DNA from: Squalus acanthias
Taxonomy: Eukaryota
Direction of reading: 5' to 3'
NCBI GenBank assembly: GCA_030390025.1
Contig: CM059446.1
Span: 14,136,001 to 14,200,000 of the forward strand
Length of the DNA stretch: 64,000 nucleotides
In this document: piece after piece, positions 24,194 to 36,250 of the stretch
Position numbering within the stretch: position 1 is the first letter of the stretch
Layout of the letters: each line of letters opens with the position of its first letter
The notes under the pieces: generated by a model
Told to the model about the DNA's origin: nothing
The model's input: the letters and a program-made list of their open reading frames with translations, nothing else
The model's database searches: none
Program-made: the position numbers and the translations under genes

Positions 24194-25358
24194 GTGTCAA
24201 AGGTCATGGTTAAGGATTCAATCACATTAATGAAAAAGCATTTATAGAGAAGCAGTCATAGGTAAAAAAAATCATATACATCAGGAGCTGACAATCAAAT
24301 TTACTGCAGCAGTCAAGACTTGTCAAAGTTATTGTTTAAGGGGCAATTCACGGCTAACACATGTCAGAAATTTGGCATATATTGAAAGAATGTGCCTCTT
24401 TTTAGTTCACTTTCTTTCAAAGGTGGTTCAGTGTGAAACATTTAAAACATTGACAAAATGATGGATGTTGTGTGGCTAAATGGTAAGCAATTGTTGAAAC
24501 TGAAACTTTTCCAACAAGGAAACAAACAGTTACTTCACACTACATCCATCATGAATACATTCAGTCCATTGTAAAACGAGTCTACAGTGGCAAACAATAA
24601 CAGCCTTATTTCCCCACAAGAATATAAATGCTGGGCTGATACTTTTGTACAGTCAGAATTATGTCTCCAGTAAATTCTGAGAATCAATGTTCCTGTACTT
24701 TCACTGACTCTGCAGGGCTCTGTTAATTTAAAAGACAGCAAACATTGCCTTTCTGTGGGGTATTTTAGGGGGTTGTACAAAAATCATACGATAGAGTGTT
24801 TATTGCAGTACCTTATTGGAGAAGGATCCATGAAAAATGTGGGTGATATCAAGTCTATTTGAAAGTGTTGTAGTGAATATTTCCTAAAATAACTTCAGCT
24901 TTCTCAGTTCCTTGTTCCTTTTAGAATTGTTCAATGGATATTTCCTACATGTACTTTAAGTGACTAGTGCAATATAGTATTTATCTCAATTTAATTAAAA
25001 ATACGTACTGGAATGAACACCATTTATATCCAACAGTGCCAATTGCTTGTCCTTTTCCCGTTTAGCATTTTCCATGGGCCTGATTTTATCTCATTCAATA
25101 ATTATTCCAGCAGAGGGCCCCCTTCCATCCAAGACAAACTCTTCCCTACGTTATTTTAAAAAAAAGCTATTTTTTCCATTAATGCTTGCAAAACGATTCT
25201 AAACTGTGATGATTTGGGTTTGTGAATTAACATGCTGCTAATTAATTTCTGGTATGCCCCTCAATGAAGAGAACATGATTTGTGCATGAACAAAATTTCA
25301 AGTAATTTCCTCTAAATTAGATGCTACATAATTTACAATGTCATTGTGCAGAGGATAT
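24194..25358 (-). other. LRMDA: U12-type (minor spliceosome) AT-AC intron of LRMDA, 1165 bp
   Basis: 5' end ATATCCTCT (25358-25350), branch site TCCTTAAC (24216-24209), 3' end gacAC (24195-24194), and no polypyrimidine tract. These boundaries give an in-frame NKNQ|ITEL junction. Confidence 0.92.
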
Positions 25359-25485
25359 TTGGTTCTTGTTGATTGTCAGGGTATGAAGGTGTGGTAACCT
25401 AGGCAACTGTAGGTCATTTCTGAGAAGATTGTTGTCCAGGATTAGCTCTTCCAGGCAGATGAATTCTTCCAGTCCTTCCAATGAC
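25359..25485 (-). CDS. LRMDA: LRMDA internal coding exon (equivalent to human exon 3), 127 bp, leucine-rich repeats
   Basis: After ttgcAG it translates to (R)[42 protein letters not shown], matching recalled human [47 protein letters not shown]. It ends at a U12-type donor, ATATCCTCT. Confidence 0.95.
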
Positions 25486-28400
25486 CTGCAACAATAAGGG
25501 AACAGGAAAAATGATATGCTACTAAATCAGGAAGGCCATTATCCACGGAAATAAATATTTCAACCTTCCTTTTCACGAGCTGGAAAGTTTTGGTTTTGGC
25601 CTGACAAGCGAGTGAATGACAAGAATTAGTGGCAGAGAGCGCACTGGCACAGGCTCGCATTTTTCACACTCTGGCAGGATGAAGGATGGGGGTCACTTAG
25701 TGAGTAGCCAGGATCTAAAACAAAAGGCTTCAGATATGGGGCCTACAGGATGAATTTGTCAATGTCTTGTGCCTTGAGGCACCCAGCCTTCCCTGACCCA
25801 AACCTTCATTCCCAAGATAAATAACTCTGTCACAGTTCACCTTCATTCCCTGGACACAAATTTAAGTTGTCATCCATCATTCAGTTCAAATATCATATTC
25901 GTGTGCAGCTAATGAATCTAGTTTTAGCATCACTCTTAAATGTGACCACTGTGCAATCTGAAGAGATGAAGAAATAAAACTAAATGTGATATTTATTATA
26001 TAAGGTTTCTGTTTCCAATGACGAGCACAAGAAACCCCCCTCTTCACCTGGAAAGCCTGTTCGGACACTGGAACAAATAGACCATGCTCTGGTATACTTA
26101 ACCATAAAAACACATATTGTTTTTGAATAATGCTATGTAAATAGAATATTCTTATCACGAGAATCAGCAAATGGATTGGAACTGGCAAACGGAATAAAAG
26201 CACACATCTAAATGCTTCAGGGGATGCATAAAACAAAATGACAGAGCATGAAGTGGGACAAAGGCCCTGGAACACTAGAGGGAGTTGCCCATTGAAACAG
26301 CCAGTCTCAATACTAAAGCCTGGTTTAGTATCAGAAGCAGGCAGAGAAAATTCTGTACAAATCCCCTTACACCTGTCTGATTTTGATAATTTTGCCATGT
26401 AATGTTATTAGCTGCTCAGTTAAAAGGAGCTGCATCACACAAGGGCTTGCTTATTAATTGTTGTTTTCATGTCATCAGCACAATGTGCACTTTGTGATTT
26501 AATCAGCTAAATTCACAACTGTAAGCCAAGGGAAGGGGGGGGGGGGGGGGAAGAGAAAGAGAATAGTGGGCGTTGACAGTCTCCTACAGAAAACTGTCTT
26601 TTATTTAAATGTCTTCTGTTTCTTCCTTTCTTGATGTTTTTACACTTTCCCACCACATACTTGAAACAAATAGCAAAATGAATAGTAATGACTGGTAGTT
26701 GTTTTTGAGCAGTTTTGTTGGAAAGCTGATGAGCGGTGTTATGATGCCTACTGTGTCTGCCTATTCACACAGCTCTAATGACCTGAAAACTGCCCATTAT
26801 CTCACCCACAGGTACCATCTCCTTTACCTCACTGCAGGGCTCACACCATTCTCCCAGAGGAATCCCAGCACAGCCGAGAGATTTACATCGCAATTTCCAA
26901 AGTCACATCAAGATGACAAAACATCAAAATGCATTTCATTTTGCCCGATTCAAATGGAAAGAACTTTAAGTTTCCACTGTAATTAACCCTATCCTCGTTA
27001 AGATAATTATGATCAAGCTCCCTGTCATACCTAATATCCCAGAATCATTGCCTATGGCTCACACTTCACCCTCATTATCTTACAAAAATGTTGCACACAA
27101 CAGGCAGTGGCAACTGGCCTCCCTGCTGAGCACCGAGGAGACTTTCTTTTGAAGGGAGGGGGCGATGTGTTATAAGGATAGGTCTACAACACCAGTGTGA
27201 AAAGGCAATGTTTAGATTCAAACAAAGCAGCACAGACTGGGGAGTGACAGGCAAATTGACATGCTGTTCAGAGGGCAAATGATAAATGTTTGATGAATTG
27301 GCAAATGCTGAAGGAGTGATGGGCTTCATATGTGCATAATGGACTAGCTGCCTTTCAGTTCTGATTGCCTGCCAAGATAAGAGACCATAATGAATGGGCG
27401 AACAGAGCCCTGCCATAAAAAGTAGGATTCAACTGGTTTTAATAAACTTAATAAAAGTGCAGAAGCAAGAGACGGCAGTTGAAATGAGATGTGAGAAAAG
27501 AGTGAGATTAGATCTACTTTAAAATCTTGACGGCAAAGTTGCAGGAGGAGAAGGAAGTGGGAATAAAAACAAAGTTCTGTCACAGGGGCTGTGAGACAGA
27601 GTGCCTCCGGTGCACTGGGTGAATTATAGACTGCCTCTCAAGATTCACAGCTCTTCGTGGTAGGAGGTTAATATTCTCACATGTCATTAGGTCTGCTGGC
27701 TCCACTGATGGCTCATTGAATCAGGCAGCAAATTATTTCCTCATGCTGGAAAGGACACCACACTTCAAAGGGAAGGAGCCAGGGTCAGACTGGCTCTGCA
27801 GTTTGATTAATGACTCAGGATCAGCAGAGGTTGCCTGTAGGTATGAATGTGACTGAGGCTTTTGACAACACTGACTTTAGAGCACGGCTTGACCCAGGCC
27901 CTTACTAACTTTGTTTCTAACATTGCTTTTGACTGACCTGATGGGGACTGTCAGTTAAGTTTATGACCCTTTACGCCATGTTACCAAAGATGGGAGTCGT
28001 TGTCTGCACAGCTTGATATCTATTTTTTCTAAAGCGTAATTCTCGACCGAACAAGCCTTTGTTGTTGTGACTCTACTCAGAATGTCCTGATTACTGATGT
28101 ATTCCATTTCATTAATTATTTGTGTTTTACATTCTATGGGGCTTGTTCCCCTGGATGTAGCAAAGCAACTACAGGTAGTTTGTTTGAATATAGAAGTAAT
28201 ATACTGAATTATCACTAAGCAACTGTCACTTCCATTCCTTCTGATCAATCGTATTTGATGGATGTCATTGATGCAAATATGCCAATGGCCTTTATTAAGC
28301 CACTCCCTACATCAGACCACATCAAAGCACTTTAACTACCTCACCCTGGCCCGCCCCCTCCTCCCCCCCAAATGGATAAGCACTTTAAACCAACAAAGTG

Positions 28401-30029
28401 AAATTTCAGGAGTTAGACTTTAAAGTACAAAACAAAGGCTAAATTACCTTTCATATCACTACCTGCAATTTCAGTCTTTCACCCTAGGCAAGAAACAATC
28501 TCAATATTTGAACATGAAGTTGAAATAAAAATGGCTGATTATATAAATTGTGAATAGGCCTAGGGCTTCAACAGTAAAGAAGGGATTAAAGTCCCTACCA
28601 CCTGTGTTGTCATTCTCATGGGCCCCATTACCACCACCTTATTCATTTTTTTAGCCAACAGATTAAAATGCAAGTGCCACAATCTTTGATCTTTCATTCA
28701 GCGACGTAAATCCATTGAAGCCTCCAACATTTCTGCTGTGGTAATTAGTACTCATTAAAAGGTTTCAGCAGCCTGTGCAGTATTTTTCCCAAAGAAATTG
28801 CTTTTACAAGTGCCTTCTATCTTTGAAATGTACGCATCACTCACTTTCTTCTTTAGCTAATTCATGTAGATCAAGTAGATTAGTGACTCCATTATTTCAA
28901 AGACAAGGGAAAACAACAGGTTTTTATAATCTATCTGACCTGAGGATGGCACGGAGTTCTGATCAGGATTTAGATACATGATTACACCCATCTGTATGAA
29001 CAGGCCTTTAATTTAGACATTTAAAGAATCTGAAATAAATTTCCATAGACCTCAGAGAATTTTCTTTATGAAACCATAGATTAGTATCCCATTGCCATTC
29101 GTAAAAAATACATTTAAAATTGGTTGCATATTTAAATTATTCAGTTGACGTCTCACTCATGAGTATTCCAGTACTAGTGTAAACAATAAATTCTTTCACA
29201 TTTAACAAGAGTTCTATGAGGTACTGTATGAATAATAAGTGTACGAAGGTTGTTATTTATTGGCGTTTATTGCATTACTTTCCTTTTATTTCCTGAAGAA
29301 TATCAAAGACAATGATTGGACACGCAAGTCTGGTGACATCGCAGAATTTATGAAAATGGTAAATCAACTGCAGCATGTACAACAGTTACAACAAACCCCA
29401 ATTGTGTATTTAAAATGGCAAATAGCAATATAACATTTTACAAAAATTATTCTTTTTGCTTTAAGAGCAAAACAAAAACAGTTTCACGAAATTCTATATA
29501 ATCAGCACATACGAGTGTCTCCCTGGTCTGATAGAATTACTTCATAATTTTTAATATGACAAAATAAAAGTCTAAGCATGCAGCTTTATTTATAGTGGTC
29601 AGTATGTATTTTAAAATATTTGGCACAATGGGTTAAAGACTACAATGAAAGTAATTTTTCTACATTATAATTAAACATATAAAATTGTGAAGTTATGATT
29701 TATGTTGCAAGTTTCATACTATTTTGAAATTAACCATCTACATTCTGGTTTGTACATGACAATAACATTCAGTTTTCAAATTCCAAACCAAGTTCAAATC
29801 ACGCTAGATATATTTCAAAATTTTGTCTTCTCCTAAATATTGAAAAAATAACATTTACAGCTTTTACCAATTATGGGACTTCCTTATATCGTTAACACCA
29901 GAAGTAATGTAATATCCAAACTTTAGAGATATTTCCCCCAAAGCAATTAATGAGGTAAAGAAATTAGCCTAAAATACGCTGGTATATTTTTGTCATTAAA
30001 AATGATTTCAGGGCTCCCTACATTAGTAT

Positions 30030-30350
30030 ATCTGACGAGAATCTGAACGAGACAGATCAGAAAGATCCCATGTTCAATCCCTCGTCGGTGCTGAGTTATC
30101 TAATTTCAGTTGACATTAAAGGCACTACAATTAGTCTCAGTGCCCCTAGGTTAGGGAGAGGCAAACCTTCCAGGGCTCCCCTTTCTGATCACAATCCAGT
30201 GACCCCTGCTGGGTGTGTACGTCTGCACTTTGGTTAAGGACAAGATTGAACTCAGCTATGTTGTCCCAATGATCAAATAACCTGCTGACACTTACTGTCA
30301 GATCTCATACATTGAGTAATCTCCACTTGGGAAGGAGTGGGAGTGCAACT
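30030..30350 (+). mobile_element. LF-SINE-like element
   Basis: CCCATGTTCAATCCC..GTGCTGAGTTA..CTACAATTAGTCTCAGTGCCCCTAGGTTAGGGAG..CTGATCACAATCCAGTGACCCCTGCTGG. Confidence 0.78.
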
Positions 30351-31262
30351 AGCAGGGAAGGGGAGGGGAGGGAAGCAAAATCAGTGAGAAGAGGGGCAAG
30401 TGATTTAAAATAAAGGAGGAAGATCAATCCATTTTAAATATAAACAGGGATTTGTTCATTTATGGCAACAAAGTCTTGAGTTTTCTTTCATTGTGTCAGA
30501 GGACTGTGAACGATGACTTTTTTTCCCCTCGATGGAATACAGTTTATTCCACAATAGTCATAATTCACTATTATATTTGGCTATAACAAAAATGCTAGTA
30601 AGATTGTCACAAAGCAGAAGCTGCAGCTTATTGCAACAACGTCAAAACTTTCAAAGGGGAAGCTTTTTCTTAAAATAGTGCAGTCAAAAACAGAGCTGCT
30701 CCTGATACTGCCTGTACTAAAAGTGATGAAAATATTTTATGGTCTTCATGCATAGCTATCGTAAATGGCATTTGCAAATGCAACTGCCAAAACAGAAAGG
30801 CATTTCAACTTAGATTGAATTATTTTTGGAAAGGAGTCAAAAAAGGTGCAACTTCTCAACTATAAATGACAGTTTTCTAGAAATAAATATTTAGTAAGAC
30901 ATTAACAAATAATTGAGGGCCTTATTTTTTTAACAAAATAATTAAAATACTTTTCACCATATTGCTTAAACACAGCCACTACAACTTAGCAAATTAAAAT
31001 AGTTCGCAAGAAAGTTGGATCTCCTTGCTAAATTGACTAAATGTTGGTTATCAGTAGTTGAAAAGCAAATCTCACAAGACCCAGCAAGTCTAAGCCATCC
31101 TTTTAAATTCAAGCAGTCCAAACTGCTGTCAACATCATTAAGTGTTATTCTGCAGTCAATCCATTCAATTACATTTTTCTTTATTGTGTAATCATCCAAA
31201 ACTTTTAAGATTGCCACATCAAAGATCTGCGTTGGAGCCTGTGCTCCCAAATGACTCTCTGA

Positions 31263-31303
31263 TCTTACCTATAAAAAAATGACATACCCATTTATAATTA
31301 GTG
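31263..31303 (-). other. Candidate recursive splice site (juxtaposed acceptor and donor)
   Basis: Minus strand reads CACTAAT (branch-like), then catttttttaTAG|GTAAGA, with no intervening AG. Motif evidence only. Confidence 0.4.
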
Positions 31304-33705
31304 TTGCTGTTAAATGGATGTATTGTAGCACTTAACAATGCTCCTGCTTTGTCAACTGTTCTACCAGGTACACATTTAGGTATCAAAAACCCTTAATGTC
31401 AATAGTCAATACTAGTGATGGAGGGGGTGGAAGGAGTGAGGTGGGGGGAGGGGGGCGGGGAGGGGAGGGGGAGGTCAGCAATGTTAGTGTACAAAAGACA
31501 GACTTGTCTTTTGTTTATACAACAGGCCCATCCCAAGGTTACCCTACTGTTAACTCACTATAAATACTGTTTACCATTGTGCAAGATCCACCAGGCTCAA
31601 ACAGCAATACTGCATTCCATCCAGGCCTGCACATATTCAAGAACAAAATGTGGCAGAAATTATCAATAATAAACACACAGGCAGATGCTTGACACCTGTA
31701 TTTACTTAAATAGCACAAAAAGTAATCTTTTTTGCCAATATTTTCTTAAAAAATGTAAAAAGACTATGGTCAGAGAGAAAAGACATGCAAACCCAGTCCA
31801 ATTAAAAAAAACAAACACTGCTTTACACAGGTAACTCAAACAATTTGCAAATATTTACTGAAATAAGTATATTAGTTTTAAAGGTTCATTGTAAGTCAGC
31901 ATCACAAGATTGCCTACAGATTTTTAAAAAACACCAAAATTATTTTTTTGCATTACGGTAAAATGAACAAGTATAATATGGATTGGAGCTTTTCTCTGGA
32001 ACGTTAAGGTTTATCAGGTTAATACTTTCCAAAAATTTACATTAACCTAATTTTCAAATGGTGTCATTTGCCACCATCAGCACTAAAGTGTGTAATGATC
32101 CAAAATAGAATGAATTAAGCTTTTAGAATAACTTCAGGAGTATCAATTTTGGACATGCGTTTTTTTATGACGTACTATTATTTGTAATTTGAGCTGTGAT
32201 TTATACCAAGCTTATATTTTATCATTAAGAAGTGTTTTGGAATATTTTTAACCAATTAACGTTGTTATAACATTATTTAAATGGCTTTGCAAATTCATTT
32301 CATAGTAAATTAGTTTGGAAATTGCTCTAATTGTTACGCTAGAAGATGTCCTCTACATCTTGTCTGGAAAAGACCTTTTGTCTAGTGCCATTATGTGTCA
32401 TCTTGGCTGAGATTCCTGCCTACCAGGGACATTTAAACTGTGCAGCAGGAGCCACACTGAGGATTAACCAGAGCTGTTTCTCAGGCTTTAAGAACTACAG
32501 TAAATCTTCAAACAATTTATCCAAACAAAACCCAATGTGTGGAAAAAGACACTGGAAACAGATGAATAAGCAACATCAATTACCAGGGTTTGACCTTCGT
32601 GCCCCGCACCATGGCACAGATTTCACACCAAATCGGAGCAGATTGAAGTTGACATGCCTGTAGTGAAAACACTGGCCCTCACAAGGTTCCACTCTACAAT
32701 CACACAGCTAGGGAAGGGGCCTGTGAACAGGCTGGTGAATAAGAAATCACGCATAATGTGCCTGGGTTTATTTTAAAGTGAACAAAATGGCTCAATTTGA
32801 GCACTTAGTCTGTAGAAATTGACCAGTCTGAGATACAAGAGGAACATCCATAAGGACAGCAGAAACTGCCTGCAGATAACTGCACTGGGAGAAAGTACAA
32901 TGGCTGCCTTCCAATGAGTTTTACATGATTTTAACCCCTCCCCCAACATCTCTTGTTTACACCACTTGACATAATATAAAAATAGCAGTGAGGACCCTGT
33001 CAACATTATATATACAGCACTATTATACATTTTATTAGAGGAATCTTCAGTGATAGCAGCTTCTGTTTGGATAACCAGACAGTTTATGGTAAATACTGTT
33101 ATTTGATTGTAAAATAAATCAAACAATGAATTAGATTCTCAAGCTCTCTGGCAAAGTTTTGTTTAAAGTTGTAACTTGCTACCACCAAGGATTTATTTTG
33201 AGGCGAGGAAGGGTGCTGAGGAAAATCAAAATGAATCCCCACCAAAAGAAAGTGCGCACATCTTTACCAATGTATCCAACATAATATTTATCAATGACGT
33301 TACTATTTTTCATGTATTATCTAGGAGATCATGACTCAGGCCAGAGCTAGTGTCAATTTTGACAGTTACTTAAATCACTGTATCTTCTACGATACCTTTT
33401 AATGTTAATGTCCTTTTACTGATATGAGGAGTTGATTTCAGTACTGAACATCATGCTTCACCGCCATAAATGTATTAAAGATGGATGGAACCACTTTTTT
33501 GGTTCACATTTGCACAATAAAGGACTTTTTGCTGAGTTACTGCTAATAGAAAAAGGTGACAAAAGAAAGAAACATTCTCCATTTTTAGATGACTTTTTCC
33601 GATTGTTAATGCTGGAGGATGCAATACTACTTTCACCTTTTCTCACAACTCAAGGCCAAGTCTTTACTGTACACTCACATGCACAGCAGAGGGAATAAAA
33701 AGAAA

Positions 33706-34153
33706 ATAAAGGAAAGGACTTGTATTTATATCACGCCTTTCATGACCACAGGATGTCCCAAAGTGCTTTACAGCCAATGAAGTACTTCCTTTCGAGTGTA
33801 GTCACCGTTTTAACGTAGGAAAATGTGGCAGTCAATTTGTGCACAGCAAGGTCCCACAAACAGCAATGACATAAAATCTATTTTAGTGATGTTGGTTGAG
33901 AGATAAGTATTGGCTAAGGACACTGGGAGGATTCTCCTGCTCTTCTTCAAATCTTTTACAACCGTCTGAGAGGGTAGACGGGGCCTCGGTTTAACATCTC
34001 ATTTGAAAGATGGCACCTATGGTAGTACAGCACTCCCTCACTACTGCACTGAAGTGTCAGCCTGGATTATATGTTCAAGTCTCTGGAGTGGGGATTGAAC
34101 CCACAGGCTTCTGACTCAGAGGTGAGACTCCTACCACTGAGCCAAGGCTGACA
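33706..34153 (-). mobile_element. SacSINE1-like SINE, full length
   Basis: Colinear with the other copies. Confidence 0.88.
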
Positions 34154-34289
34154 TCTAGCATGGAGTCAAGGCAAATTTTGGTAAAAGACTTCACAAATAA
34201 GGTATTCTACTTTGTCCCGAAAATGTGCCTTAACTTCAGCTTCCTCTACAGCACCTTTTATTACACCAGTGTGAATTTACCCATTTCAG

Positions 34290-34728
34290 GTGTCAGCTAT
34301 AGCTCAACAGTAGCACTCTCGCCTCTGAGTCAGAAGACACTCCAGGGACTTGAGCACAAAATCTAGACTGACACTCCAGTGCCAGTGCTGAGGGAGTGCT
34401 GCACTGTCAGAGGTGCCGTCTTTCAGATGAGACGTTGCACCATGAGACGTCTGCCCTCTCAGAGGGATGCAAAAGATTCCATGGCACTATTTCGAAGAAG
34501 AGCAGGGGAGTTCTCCCTGGTGTCCTGGCCAATATTTATCCCTCAAACAATATCACTAAAACAGATTATCTGGTCATTATCACATTGCTGTTCGTGGGAC
34601 CTTGCTGTGCGCAAATTGGCTACCGCAACAACAGTGTCTGCACTTCAAAAGTACTTCATTGGCTGTAAAGTGCTTTGGGATGTCCTGAGGTTGTGAAAGG
34701 CGCTGTATAAATGCAAGTTATTTTCTTT
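34290..34728 (+). mobile_element. SacSINE1-like SINE with the B-box region deleted
   Basis: GTCAGAAG joins directly to ACACTCCAGGG; otherwise colinear; L2-like tail. Confidence 0.85.
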
Positions 34729-34739
34729 ATTTCTATTTC

Positions 34740-34965
34740 CCACATTGTTATGGGTATTCATCAGTGACATTGCTATCTGCACCCAGCTTTAAATAGTTTG
34801 GCACTGTAGGTCTGTGTCCAATGGGTATTGAGTTAGACTTGCTAAACTCACGTTCTTTACAGGCAGAATAGAGTCAACTTTCATCCCAACAGTCTGAGAT
34901 GGGCTTTAAACTCATGCCCCAGAAATGAAAGGATCAACTGCTAACCCAAAAGAGCACCACAGTTC
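34740..34965 (-). mobile_element. Old tRNA-headed SINE-like repeat (related to about 48830-49140)
   Basis: Both loci share AAACTCATG..CCAGA..TG.AA (antisense B-box-like) and TGTCCA motifs. Confidence 0.4.
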
Positions 34966-36059
34966 CTGGGAACATTTTTTCTTTTCTTTTATTTTTCACA
35001 CATTTCTTTCCATTCCCCTTCCAAGTATTAGATATTTTGTTGCTCTCTCCCCTTTTATGTCCTGCTATACCACATAATCAGCCCCAGGCAAATGGATTGG
35101 CAGGCAACTACTCCTAGTCCTTTATCAATGCCCAGGGAGACTCAACTACTCTTTCTCTTAGCATCCACTTCACAGTTCTCCCAGATGGCTTGATCAAGAT
35201 AAGAAACTCTTCATTTACACAATCCTCTATGTATTTTAGCCAGTACTATTTTGTATGTCTACCTTACATGTAACTAACCAAGATTTGATCACCATTACTT
35301 TTTCTGAATACACGTCAGTCTCTTGACAAGCTTCAATAAATGCATACGTATGGATAAATGTGACATTTAATGTGGCAAAAATATTAACAATTCAAGCAGC
35401 TCTGCCAAGTGTCATATATTAGGAGTGATAATTACTCATGTTTATTTAAAAACTTGAACTGTTTTGATATATGTTCACTCTTAAAAATACACACAGCTTG
35501 AAATGCCTCAACAGGTTTGCAGTCTGTGTCACTCTTAGTATTCCCAAGTGTTAGTCACTAGAAATGAGTATCATCCAAAATTGTGTTTGAGTGCATTGCT
35601 ACTTCAACAAGGTCAATGTATTTTTCATGCTATGACAGGGACTATGAGAATTGATGGTATGTAGTCCAAAGATCAAATTTTTAAACAGTGGAAGTGTTAA
35701 ATTTCAATTTTCTGACAATTTGTAGAAACAAATTAAGATTTTAAAAAGTGTTGCAATCTGCCATTGTGAATTTCACCCAGCATGTGACCTACTATTCATC
35801 TCTCACCTGCACAGTCTGAAGTAATTTTTTTAAAAGTTTTTAAGAACAAGTAAAAAAATGTGGAAGACAAATATGTGCCCAAAGTCAAAAGAAGTGGTAA
35901 GAAAAAGGGAGGGTGGTAAGAAAAAGCCAAGGTGGCATTTCTGGATTTACTAGCTGAAAAGGTTGTTCTATCTGCATATTTTAACTGGCATACAGCTGTT
36001 AACACAGAGGCAAACTGTTAGAAAATAATTTGAACGGTAACAGCTAAGTACAAACATCA

Positions 36060-36250
36060 GAGAGGGACAGAATGTGGCTCTGCTGTGATGCCCTCCATGT
36101 TGAATAGCCTACTGACGGTTATTGCCTAGACCCACACATGAAGAATGACTACATGAGGTGCTGGAGAGCTGCCAGGGACTGTGGGTCTGTAGCTGAGCAG
36201 CAGCTGTGATACCGTCAGGAGAGGAAGAGAAAAAAAAATTGGCAAAAAAG
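36060..36250 (+). mobile_element. LF-SINE-like 3' half
   Basis: GCTGTGATGCCCTCCATGTTGAATAGCCT..CACACATGAAGAATG. Confidence 0.7.

Noticed and set aside
25886-26398. 170-aa minus-strand ORF
   Set aside because: No recognisable domain or coding-like composition; lies in intron sequence.
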